From positions 34,162,001-34,226,000 of the forward strand of contig CM119373.1 of the NCBI GenBank assembly GCA_051294905.1: a stretch of 64,000 nucleotides of DNA, in the 5' to 3' direction. The notes beneath the pieces were generated by a model that was not told the origin of the DNA, searched no databases, and saw nothing but the letters and a program-made list of their open reading frames with translations. Source of the DNA: Botryllus schlosseri. Taxonomy: Eukaryota. This document shows, piece after piece, positions 25,354-37,052 of this stretch. Numbering within the stretch: the first letter of the stretch is position 1; the number at the start of each line of letters is the position of its first letter. The translations under genes and the position numbers were made by a program.

Positions 25354-26385
25354 CTACACCCCCGCAACCTTTAATTTTCGAACATTACTGGCGACGCGGT
25401 AGCCACATTTCCCGGACTTCTTCGCCTCGTAAAGTGCTTCGTCGGCACGGCGTAGGATTCCGGTATCTGTTGCATCCCGACGAAGCGCAATACCGCAACT
25501 CACCGTAACCGTCTTTTTAATGCCGAAGTCGTGGCTTGCGATAGATTCGTGAATTCGAGTGACGCGATGCTCCAGCGCGTTATATTCGATATCGTAAAAC
25601 ACTATCACGAACTCATCTCCGCCCCAGCGGCCAACGTGACCCACACTTTTGAGGTTTTCCTCTAGTAATTTGGCTACACCAATCAATACGTTATCCCCGA
25701 CAATATGTCCGTATTCGTCGTTAATACGCTTAAAATCATCAATGTCAACAATTGTGATCCATTTTACTCCTCGCTCCTGTAATACTGCTTCCATATATCG
25801 ACGATTGCGCAATTGTGTCAAAACGTCCGTATGACAAAGTACGAACATTTCACGACTGATCTCTTCCAGTTGTGTCATAGCGCGATTTTGGCTAGAGACG
25901 TAGAAATGAACGATCTCGAAAAGGTGGAAATACATAGCCGTCAATAAAATAAACGTGGTTCTATCGAACGACACAGGACGCCAATTTTCGGAGCCATTCA
26001 CACAAACGTATGTGAAAACTCCAAAATGAACTAGTATAAAGACTGGTTCAATTTTGTAGCCCGTAACAAAAATTGAAAAAACAGGCGTTAAAATCGAGAA
26101 TATCGCCGCGAATTCATAACTGTCGTATCTCCAAATGTAAAGCAGACTTATCGCTAACATGATTGCGACAATAATGAAAGCTGGCATGCTTGATTTACGG
26201 CTCTGCAGTGAGTCAAGATAGCTCCAAACACCACAACTCCGCGAGCCAAGCGCTTGAAGAATCACTGTGCTTTCCATTAGTAGAAGAGATAAGTTTTCCT
26301 TCGAGAAATCGGGAATATCATGCGCACCATTGGCAGAAGGATGGGCAACAATGTCTGTATAATCTGGCGGATGACGATGCGCCAA
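25354..26385 (-). CDS. Membrane-anchored GGDEF-domain diguanylate cyclase (bacterial type, intronless); putative horizontally acquired gene
   Basis: Only long ORF in the window (343 aa from TTG; first in-frame ATG at 26277 gives 307 aa). All canonical GGDEF blocks occur in order: TDVLTQLRNRR, IVDIDDFKRINDEYGHIVGDNVL (DIDDFK at 25729-25746), GRWGGDEF (GGDEF at 25609-25623), TVSCGIA, ILRRADEALYEAKKSGK. About 4 hydrophobic segments lie N-terminal of the domain (approx. 25890-26190). Confidence 0.93.
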   Translation of the reverse strand: MAHRHPPDYTDIVAHPSANGAHDIPDFSKENLSLLLMESTVILQALGSRSCGVWSYLDSLQSRKSSMPAFIIVAIMLAISLLYIWRYDSYEFAAIFSILTPVFSIFVTGYKIEPVFILVHFGVFTYVCVNGSENWRPVSFDRTTFILLTAMYFHLFEIVHFYVSSQNRAMTQLEEISREMFVLCHTDVLTQLRNRRYMEAVLQERGVKWITIVDIDDFKRINDEYGHIVGDNVLIGVAKLLEENLKSVGHVGRWGGDEFVIVFYDIEYNALEHRVTRIHESIASHDFGIKKTVTVSCGIALRRDATDTGILRRADEALYEAKKSGKCGYRVASNVRKLKVAGV

Positions 26386-26439
26386 TTACATGAATGCGAC
26401 AGGTATTAACCAGCATCCGTACGGCACGCCATCCATTAA

Positions 26440-26482
26440 CCTAAATGCAGTATTTAATAGCTTAACCTGCAATAATTAGTAT
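26440..26482 (-). promoter_or_regulatory. Candidate branch point and 3' splice (or SL trans-splice) acceptors upstream of the GGDEF gene
   Basis: Minus strand reads TACTAATTATTGCAG|GTTAAGCTATTAAATACTGCATTTAG|GTTAATG: a TACTAAT branch-like motif, two AG|G acceptors, and an ATG (26436) 4 nt after the second. Confidence 0.35.
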
Positions 26483-29221
26483 GGATACCATTGTAAACAT
26501 CATTGTGTTCCAAAGTTAAATTTACTATACAAATCGAAAGATATACTGAAACTCTCATCCACACTGTTGTGTTGTGATCTAAACAAGGCGATATATTAAT
26601 TATTTTTGCTTTGTTGGGCTGATGGACTATGTGATTTGGTGCGTACTCACATATTCCTATATATTAGGTGAATTTTGGGTGGGGTTAAGGTGTGTGAATC
26701 GAAAATTTCGTTGTTGATACGGAAAAGAAGGGTGTTATGGGCCCAAAAATTTGAAGTAACTCAAAATGGCGTAATCGAAACTGAGTCACAGAAAGGATGC
26801 TAAGACAGGATGGATCAAAGTAAATGTTGATTTGAAGATGCAATTACCAGCGTGTGCCGTAATCATTCGCTTTGATGGGATTTTACCTTACGTTTGCAAA
26901 AGTTCAGAAACGCTTTCAAAAACTAACTCTGTGGGCTAACTCTCTACGCGGCGTGTTTATCGATTAGTGAATGAACCAATTTTATTCATATATTTTGACA
27001 CTAATACTAACTGCTTCAACAACAACATTCTGATGTGAAAGTAGGCTACACTTTACAGTTGAGTCTAGAACGCTTACGTAAAAAGAATGGACATTGGACA
27101 CTCTTACCAAAGGGTCATATAGAAGAGAAAAGCAAGAGTGCCCATAATCTCACTTCTGAGCCCCCGTGGCGACATGTTTGTTCAGAATTGATATATTTCG
27201 AATCGTCAATATCGAGCGTAGACCTATTCACATGTTTGACTGACGAAATATCTCACAGTCATGTGATTTGCTCGACAAAAACCAGAGGTGCCGCTAAGGG
27301 GTGTATGTCCTATAGATGTTATGACAAAAGTAATCCGCGCAACGGACTATCAACCCGCAGTTTGACTGATAGCAGGTGTCGGCGGGATAACGGCTCGTCA
27401 ATCTTGTTACTAACAACAGTAGAATTAAATAATCTGACGGACTACATCTGTGAACCGTATCGCGCCAGACTTCGTCAAATGTAGTTGTGGATCCAGCTTG
27501 TAACCGTAATGAACGGGAGAGTCATTAGTGTACCGTGTACCTGCATATCGACAAAATTAACGAAGCTTACTTCTGAATGATGAAGTACTTAAGACAGCTC
27601 GCATTTCTAACATGAGGTCATCTGAATGCAATGTGCCCTTACAACTTTATCCATGATTTGTTGTAACAATTAGGATTAAGATTGCAACAAAGCGAAGTGA
27701 TGTAGGGGGTTGCGAGAACGCAACATTCGTTCGCACGATACCTTTGGGCTTTGACTAACTGCTGCTTGGAAATGACCCTCTTCACACTTGGAATGTTAAT
27801 TCACGACCAGGCGAAAAAGGCAATCACATTACGATCGGCCTGTCCCGTATACTGCCCAAATAGTCCGTTTGCAGGACTTCGATCACAGCAGCGGTCTCAG
27901 ATTACTTCCACCGTTAAATTTTGATAGGCACACAGAGCCCAAAAATGAGGATTTTAAATCGGAACTCTACCATAAGCACAGACGCAGAAAGCATCGGCAT
28001 GCTAACCAATCGAACGTTGCCATATGCGGTACAAATCACGTGACCGAAGTCATGTAAAGACCCTATTTGCACCAAATTATAATGGCAGTTCAACTGCATA
28101 CCTTGGGATGATGTTTAAACTGGTGACTCGACTTGGCCCTTCCTTAATAGTAGGCAGACAGGACAAGTTTGCCCTGTGCGCACACCGCAATTATACCTCT
28201 CTATCCAGTCCATTGGGTTTGACACGGAGACGCATTGACGCATTTTGAAGTCAATAACTACCGCATTGCGTTGTGTGGCGCGATTACTACAACCACTGCA
28301 GATTGTAAAACTGGCTGTTTCAAAAGTAGGTCAACTTGCAGTAATTTTTATATCTTTCTGATCTACAACCATCACTTGAAGACACACAGAACTATGCCCT
28401 TATCTGAGCGTAAAACGAAGCAGTCCAATGTTGACGATGCTCAGCAATGAGTTGGTCGCATGAAGGTAATAACTGTTTTGAATGCTGTCAAGACGAGCGA
28501 CAGGAAGAGCGTATCGATATTTCACACATTCCTATTTCAATGCCCGGACAATTATTGCATCCGCACTAATAAATCGAAGTTTGCAGCATAACAAGGGTAT
28601 GACTAACATTACCGTTTTTGCAATATTTGTGCAAGTGAATTGCGGATAATAAAGGCCGCGCAGATTTCGCGTGATATGTGGGTCACCATTGGGATTGCAT
28701 CAATTGCATGGTGTAACCCGGTGGGAGTCAATATAGACAATGTCAAATGGAAAATCCTGCATCTGAATACTGCTTGTGAGTCTATATATAATCGCTATAG
28801 CAATCAACTCAGCAGTAACTGTTTTAGTAATGTGAACGGTCATCGGTCAACGTATATTGCATACGGAAATAATGTAATTCCATATCCTCAAAAAGCGCGG
28901 CGCAAAGCAAATCAGCGGTACATTTCTTTATAAATTTCAGGTGTCTCCCCCGTTCGAAATTGCGCACAAATCAGCCGAATATACACCTGTGAGTCGGCGG
29001 GGCATAAATCAAATGCTTCAGCCACTGGTGTAAAATGACCATTGATGTCGAAACACCATAAACACCGAAACATCACCAATAACTTATATACATCGCGAGC
29101 GGCTCACGAGCTTCTGTCCACGTGTATTACCTTCTGGGATGTTAATTCACTCGCTATCCATAGGCTAAAAGTGTATGTGGGACTCCTTGTGAAAGTGAAC
29201 GATTGAAAACAACTAGAGTAA

Positions 29222-29480
29222 GTTTGAAGAGACTATTGGAGATACAAAACTTCAGTATACAATTGACTCATATATTCATGTTGAAATAAACCCGAATGTT
29301 TTCGACTGACACACGTCATACTTCAAAGCAGTCATATTGCTGTTATACAATGTTCTTTTCAATTCTCTACTAGTTGCTGATGAGTACTCATGGTTAGTGT
29401 AAGCCGATAATATTCGGGTTTATTTCGATATGAATAATGAATATATTATGAATTGTACACGGCAAGTCTGTTGAATTGAA
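29222..29480. repeat. Fold-back (palindromic) repeat family; other copies near 2860-3100, 36550-36620, 38200-38320, 40640-40800, 52415-52530, 53430-53525, 59120-59372
   Basis: Arms TTGAAATAAACCCGAAT..TTCG / CGA..ATTCGGGTTTATTTC; shared motifs CTCTACTAGTTG and TTCAATTGTATATTGAAGTTCTGTACC recur at the listed sites. Confidence 0.7.
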
Positions 29481-31523
29481 TCACGCGAGGTCATCATGAT
29501 TTTAGATGACTCTGCAAATTGTTTTGTGGGGCAATAAAAATCACCTATTCGCAGTCGACCAATAAGTAATGCGATACCACCCACTTCACACGACTCTCGA
29601 CACACAAAACAAACAGTTCGAAGATTTTCGGAGTCCTCGTCGGCCACAGTTTAAGATTACCGCAAGATCCGGTTGTGGTACTCTGCGAATAAGCAATCAA
29701 ATACAGATCCTCTTTCAACGGGTTTTCAAATCCAGTAAGCAGAGAACCTATCTCGTAGCGGCTGGATAATGAGTGGATACGTCCCCAATGACAGCTTCCT
29801 TCAAACAAACGTGGGCTCTTTGACGGATGTTTTCTCCCATTACATATAAATTACCGATGCCGTCACATAACAGATCTCAAAGCATTACGGCCGGCGCATT
29901 AGGGGTGCTGCGCTGTCATAATGAAAGTCAGGAGAATGTCCGTATTCATCAAAACCAAAGCGTGTGAATCAATAATATAGCATATTTCTCCTGTTATAAA
30001 ATGAAACACGTGAGCAGAGGTGGTCAAAGTTATCATTGTTAGTACTCTAGTTGAAGTAATTTTCTATTCGATTACAAGTCGACCTATAGTGGTATCCAAG
30101 ACACGTCCAAACTGCTTTAAATGGAAGTATACTATTAAGATAGGGACACGGCAAATTTCCTCTCAACTACAAGTAGAACTAGAGATTTCCGTGACATCGC
30201 AATATTACTTCAAGCGGGAGAAATTTAGACCCGAAAAGTACTCAAGTATATGTAGTTTCTAAAACTAGATTTGGTGCACACGGCTCATACTTTCAGATAA
30301 TCGAACAAAGGCGTACACTTTAGAAATTATGAAATGCATCGTCGCGACTAACGTAAAATGACTGACGATGCTCCAAATTTCTGCCATATTCGAAAGAATA
30401 TTCAGCTACTAACGGTATCTCGCGCAGTTGTTATGACGATTTCCCTCAGAAACGCGGTGGAAAGAAACACATCCCAAAACGACATTCTACTTTACTGCCA
30501 ACGTCTGAACAGCATGCAGTTTCGTCAAGTAGAAAAGGACGTATTAGTAGGCAAATGACATAGCCAACAAGGTCTATTGCCAGTTAGCCAAATATACCTG
30601 AGCAGTCTGGACAGTAGGAGCGGGGCCTACGCTATAAGTGCTTCGTTACCGACCACATCTGCTCGTGACCATATAATTTAAGTTGTTGAATATCTATACC
30701 TGATTTTCAGTTAGCTGTCTGTCGGCAGGCTAAACCAAAATCGATATTTTTCAATCCTCAAATGCGTTTTTAATGCAAGAGTCATTCAACGCACTTTGCG
30801 GCATTTTTCCGTTGCGTGCGCCTATGGCCGATCGCCCACAATACCGCGTGCTTGCAAAGCGGTATTTCTTTTCCTCGGGTTCAGCTTGAACTGCTTGAGT
30901 TCGTGGGCGAATGACGAATTATGGGGTCACGACTTGTTTGATATGGAATTCCGGGTATGTTTTTACCGACTTACAGCCGACCGCAAGACTTAATAATCAT
31001 GCGCAAGCGGATATTTAAAAGCGTCGATACGCCACATAAGAAGCTACGGTACAAAGAATGGAACTACCAAATTATGCGGTAATATTGTGGTCACGGCCTC
31101 TTTAGTGACCAAAATATTACCCTATACATCGTTGAATTCGTTGTTTGCTGTACGCGTGATTGACCGTGGTGCATTTCTTTGTGCGCAATGATTTACCGTG
31201 GTGCAACAGACCAAATATAGTGATAAGCAGCAAAGCAACTAAAAACAAGTTAATTCATATCTATACCCCTCTGGGTTGGTACATCTCAAATGTACGCGAT
31301 ACATTAACGCATGATCTGGTCGTCTAACCTTCAATGTTTTTAATCAGACTTGGAAGCAAAAGAGGTTGAAGAACCCTGCCCTTAACACATCTCCTGTACG
31401 AAATATATATGATAATTGTCAGAAAACCGTGATAGTATATATTTGTACGAGGTCATGATCCTCACGTGTTGGAATCTGCATACGACATATCGCTGACTGA
31501 CGTCGCCCCGGTACAGCGTATAG

Positions 31524-32276
31524 CAGTGGTCGGGAACCTTTTTCGTCCGAAGATCCATATTGACCCTATATTTCCCATTTTACCTCTCAAAGAGCCATAC
31601 ATGTAAATCAAATACCACGTCACAATTGAAAAATTGTGACATCACAGTAGCGCAAATTCGACATCACTACATGGGATTCGTCATTTGCACCGTATTTACT
31701 CGGTAAAAACTCGTACTAATCATGCTGGTTGCCTTATTTGCATTATGAGTATGCAAAACTTGAGCTACATAGATTTTTTGCAAGTATTAAATGTTTCAAT
31801 TGTTTTGCACTGAGAGCAGTGGTGGGCCTGCGATTGGGGGGGGGGTATGAATATGTAATCGGAGTTTATTTATCGCCGGAGATCATAAAGACAATGTATA
31901 TTTGAAAACTGCATTGTGATACAGGCGCTGCCATGTCTGCTAGTCTCTTTTATCAATGAATGCATCGTGCAGTTCCAGATTTCGTACCGGCTACATCGAA
32001 TTAGCGAGTGATATTGGTCGCCGGCGAGACATCAACTTAAATTTGAGGATTTTGAAAGGGGGTCCGAGCCCCTAACCCTCAATACGTCACTGTATTAACC
32101 TATCAAAAACATGATTATAATCCACAAGAATAATTATACTTCTCGTGCTGAAGATTTAATAACAGGTTGCTGCAATATTGGTAAATTAGGCACAGATATA
32201 AAAATTTCGCAAATAGCCATATCTTATGTCCAAAAGAGCCATGTATGGCTCGCGAGCCATAGGGTCCCGACCACTG
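31524..32276. mobile_element. Charlie-like hAT non-autonomous element (8905 family)
   Basis: TIR CAGTGGTCGGGA(A)CC; perfect TSD GCGTATAG. Confidence 0.88.
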
Positions 32277-33300
32277 GCGTATAGATTGGTCAGAGACAAT
32301 CATGAGTTTGGTCTAGAACAAACTTCGCTGTTCTAACGGTCTCTGTACAAAAGCCCAGAGGACGCTGTGAAGGACCGATAGAAGGAAAACGAATGAAAAG
32401 AGCAAGGAAAGTGCCTAAAATAGAGACAGAGAGACAGACGGACATATTCTTTATTTCAATTCAAGTCAACACTAATATTTAAAAAAGAGACAATCGCAGC
32501 GATACGGCCACATTCAATAAGCGTGGTCACTGGTCATCAAGTCAGCTCCTGGCATATTGACGGTATATGCCTAAAATACAATGAAAAGAACGTAAAAATA
32601 TCAAGATAGAACAAAGCGTTACATCAGGTACACTAGACCATGATGGGTGTTAGATTGAAAGACCTTACTTGCTAGTTTCGACATCCTCCTATCTGTTCAT
32701 TCCATCGCACTGTGTCTTTTGAGCGGACGAAAATACTAGAACAGCCGATTATCATTATTTGAATATTTTGGCGGGATGCTGGGTGAATTTACGACTTTCG
32801 TCACACCAGACCTGGATTTGCATTATTTCGCATAATTATAATCCCAGGACAATTTTCCACTTATTCTCGTCTTAACCTAATATGATTTTTGATATTATAA
32901 CGAGTGAATCCAAGATATGTAGATTTGTAAATATGAAATAATCTGATATGTGACATCCAGACAATGGTTAACTCTTGAAGTCACGAGTAGTGTAAATGAG
33001 CATTCATGTTACTAAGATATTAGGCATATAATATATTATAACGATATATGGTTGTTTAATGACATATGGCATGTATTGAGTCCGAATATACCCTCAGCCT
33101 AGTGGCACCAACCCCAACACGTACGTTGCAAAGTTAAACAATTACATAATTCCACTTCTAATCAGACTAATCAGAGTGAAATGCCGCTAAACTAATTCTA
33201 ATCTAATTTGTGAAATGTTTCCGTGCTCTAATTTTTCATTCTAGTCTGATGTATGGTTTTCCTGAAAAAGCTACAGGACTGCATAATGCGAGACGCGAGC

Positions 33301-33497
33301 TTGTGCTTTGTGGTATACAGGGTGTTTGTCGACTACAATGGCCATTTACACCGGGCCGGTTTTCTTTATTTTGATTCAGCAGTTGCCGACTGGCGGCACG
33401 GTACTCTTCTATGCTTTTTAAGACACCGATTACGCTGATGAAATGGCGAGGAGTAGCCTAGTTAATCCTCCAACACTTAGGTAGGAATTCTGCAGTC
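33301..33497 (-). mobile_element. SINE family A, 5'-truncated
   Basis: Body and tail homology; tRNA head absent. Confidence 0.75.
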
Positions 33498-35659
33498 CAA
33501 TGGGTGCGATGGGTACGTACGTGTTACCGGAATCTGGCCTTCAAATCTGTTCTGCAGGATCAATAATGACTCGGCCCCGCGTGACCTTGTAAATGTATCA
33601 CAACACCGTCAAGAGTTCACCGGCCGTAATCAGAAAATCCGCCGACAATCATTCCCATTGTTGATGTAAGAATGGAATTACCTGAACCTTGACATCGTCA
33701 AATTCGCGCTAATAATACTCTGAAAGCACTTACGGACGCGATATCATCTCGCCACGCGAAACTCCAGATTGCATCGCGTAAATATTTTTTGCCATCAAAA
33801 TCGCTGACACTGCGTATTGTGAGTCATGAATAGCGCCGTTTATGTGTCATAAATCCGGCGATCATTGCCAAGGCAACCGTTATCGTGGAATGTTATCTAA
33901 CACTGTCTGCGTTTATGGACACAACTCGACCGATTAAACAATGATTAGGGATCGTAATCGATGATTTGAAGCAAATCCGATCCCTTTGCGGACAAGTGAA
34001 ATGAAATAGACACTTGGATTCCCAGAAAGCAAATTTACATATGGAATTTTAAGTCTGCGAGATTGGGGTAACTTTTACTACTAACCATAGGTGGTGAGCA
34101 ACGAAGTACTTGGTCTGGTTTCGGAGTACTCAAATAGGTTTTTCCTGTTTGTATTTCTCACTCAAGTGTTTATGATATAAGAATACCTCTAGTTCTACCT
34201 AAGTTTTCAGTTTTTTATGAAAACATATCCTGCATACTAGCGTTTTTACTTACTTGGAAATCGCTGATTCTACTTGTACCGGAGTAGAAATTCACGGCGT
34301 TATTTCTACTTGAGTACTTTGGTCACTCTCGCTAGTAGCACCAAATGAATATCATTTAACGCCCAAGCACATAGACACAGATAATTTCAATTCGGTACAA
34401 AAGTATTCCAATTCGGTAAAAAATATTGAATTGCCTGTGTTTGGTCTAACACGAAAACGAAAACTTTTCGCCGCGGCACTCTTACGCCGTGATATCCTCC
34501 GAATACGCCAAAGCGAATTTCCAAGTCATGGGTGCACCCGACTTGGTAAAAAATCCCGTGACTCTGTTATAGTGTGTGCTGCCATTGCGGTAGGGATTTT
34601 ACTTGTTTGTCATGTGTATACTGATCAGTTTCATTTTGTGCTGATATACTGTCTAATTATAGATAACTAACCTATACGGCGGTTAGTAATCTATAGCCTT
34701 ATACTGTTCTGTATGTCTCGACCACTGATACCGCGATGTGCAATATTAGTGCTTTGGGGAAGGGATTGGATTGTGCTTTCCCTGTCCATGCCGTTGATTT
34801 GAAAACATTGCTTTTTCATTCCTTCCTCGAGAGAGAAATTGAATAAACGATCCATCTACAATTGTACATCTGAGATTTGAAGAAGTTGCACACCAGACAC
34901 GGAAAACTATAATTCTACTTAATTCCGGTAATGTATTTCTAATCTAATTTGTGACATATTTCTAATCTAATTTCTTGTTTTCCAGAGAATGCTACACGAG
35001 AACTGCCAAGTGAGAAATGAGACAAGCTTGGTGTATAGACATTTACCATTCTAACGCGTATGACAATGAACTATATATGATTTGATACGAAGTGAACTTT
35101 ATTTATGTTGTATTTCTCTCTTTTTCGGAATTTAAATCAATTTCCAAGTTTTCGCGAATTCAGCAATATTAATTCTGATTTTACTCTAATTGAAAAAAGC
35201 CGAAGATTTTCTAGTTGCTTGACTCTGTCTGATGTATACGCAAGCCACGACAAAAGTGCAGCGGTTTTGAACACGTCAGCGCATACCTCCTACGGCATAA
35301 ACGAGACTCAAAGTGACCGCGTGTCGCTTTAACGGGTTTACAACATTTCGTTGTCTATCCAATTACACGGTTGAATTTCATACATCCCACGCGCCAACAG
35401 GGATCAGATGGGATTGCACGGTTCAAGGCCAAACGCCGAGTCGGCAGTTCCCCGACTATGAATAGAAATACCAACACGGCTCGGGTTACCTGGATTTGTT
35501 TATGATCGTGTACGGATTATGTTTCATCACTAACTCTATATCCCCTTTTAGAGAAGATTTGAATAAATAAACTTCAAAGTCTGTATATGGCGACAGCTTG
35601 TAGTCTGTATATGGCGATAGCTTGACTCCTCAACACCATGTCTGAGAACCATGTATAGT

Positions 35660-35894
35660 TTTTTTATGGTATCCATTGTGTTTTTCGACTGCAACGGTCA
35701 TTTACACCAGGCCGATATTCTTTATTTTGATTCCATATAGCGGTCGACGTTTTAAGACACCGCTTACGGCAGCGTTGATAACTCTCCAGTCTCCAACACT
35801 TGGGAAGAGATTCCGGAGTCGACTTCGATTTGACTCGAATCCACAACCTATTGGTGTTGCAGTTGTCGATCATACCGCTACGCTGTCTCGTCAC
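35660..35894 (-). mobile_element. SINE family A, diverged, internal deletion
   Basis: Head (GACTCGAATCC..CGCTGTCTCGTCAC) and tail homology. Confidence 0.75.
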
Positions 35895-36699
35895 TATTGA
35901 AAGTCTCGTATGAACAATGAACACCCGAGGTCAACTTACAGACTGAATTTGACCCGCGACAGGATATTTTATGTGTTGGTCCCGTTTTTCAATATATATT
36001 GATTGGGTATTGGAAGACAAGACGTATATTCGATGATGTCAATTTGGCTCTCATCACTCAGTTTGCGCCTGAAACTTCCCGGTGGCGAACAGTGGTTAAT
36101 GAACGTTTTATCCTCGCAGAGGTGCGATCAGGCAGCGTGGTTTCAGAAACACAGTCATCTCGATGCACGTGCTTGTTATTATCCATGCTCACTCTTGTCG
36201 GAATAATTAGCCATTTAACTCAGCGTCGGCAATCCAGACGTATGGTTAAGTGTGATCAGACTTTGAAAACAAGACTTTAATGACTTTTGTGCACGAGAAT
36301 TTCGAGTACCGATTTGTAACGCCTCTGTAATCTTGTCATAAAGAGCTATAACGAACCGTGTAGCGAAAGTGCACTGATGCGGCATTTTACTGTAAGTCTG
36401 TTTGTGCGAAAAGCTTACGCTCAACACCCTGATGATTTTGAATGATGTTAGGATATCGAACATCGACATACTGATAGGATCAATTAGATCCTTATACGTG
36501 TGTATTCGAGCAGACTCTCGGAGGTAATGACCTTCAGTATACAATTGTGTAAAATATTCATGTCGAAATATTCGTGTTTATTTCAATATGAATATATTAT
36601 TCAATTATATATGTCTGTATTTATATAGTGACAACATGGAGATGCTGCTGCATACCTACCTACCTGCCAGATAAAGAAATATTCAGCTGGACCACAAGA

Positions 36700-37052
36700 T
36701 GGGGTGATGGTAATAGAGCCCGGCCTCTTGATCGGTATAGGTCCTGGGTTCAATCCCCGGCCGGGTCAGACTGAAGACCTGAGTAGTACCACTTCATGGT
36801 ATCCATGGCTACCCCACTTAGAGTTCAGCATTACCAGGGTTGCATGGAGGGTTGGTGCAAGACCTAGGGAGCCTGACAATGCTATTTCAGCACCTTCCTT
36901 GTCTAGCGGCATAAGCACATCATGCGCTCATGGTCTAGGGCTCTAGGCGAAGATATGCACAGATCACACATCTGTATAATATATATAATGAGTCGGTGCA
37001 TATGCCAGAAAAGCATCAAGGACGAAAATATTCAACGTCCTATTCCTATTCC
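36700..37052 (+). mobile_element. tRNA-derived SINE family B
   Basis: tRNA-Lys(CTT)-like head (GCCTCTTGATC..GGGTTCAATCCC); body shared with 49545-49860 (GCACCTTCCTTGTC..AGCGGCATA, ATGAGTCGGTG..ATATGCC); (CCTATT)-like tail. Confidence 0.7.
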
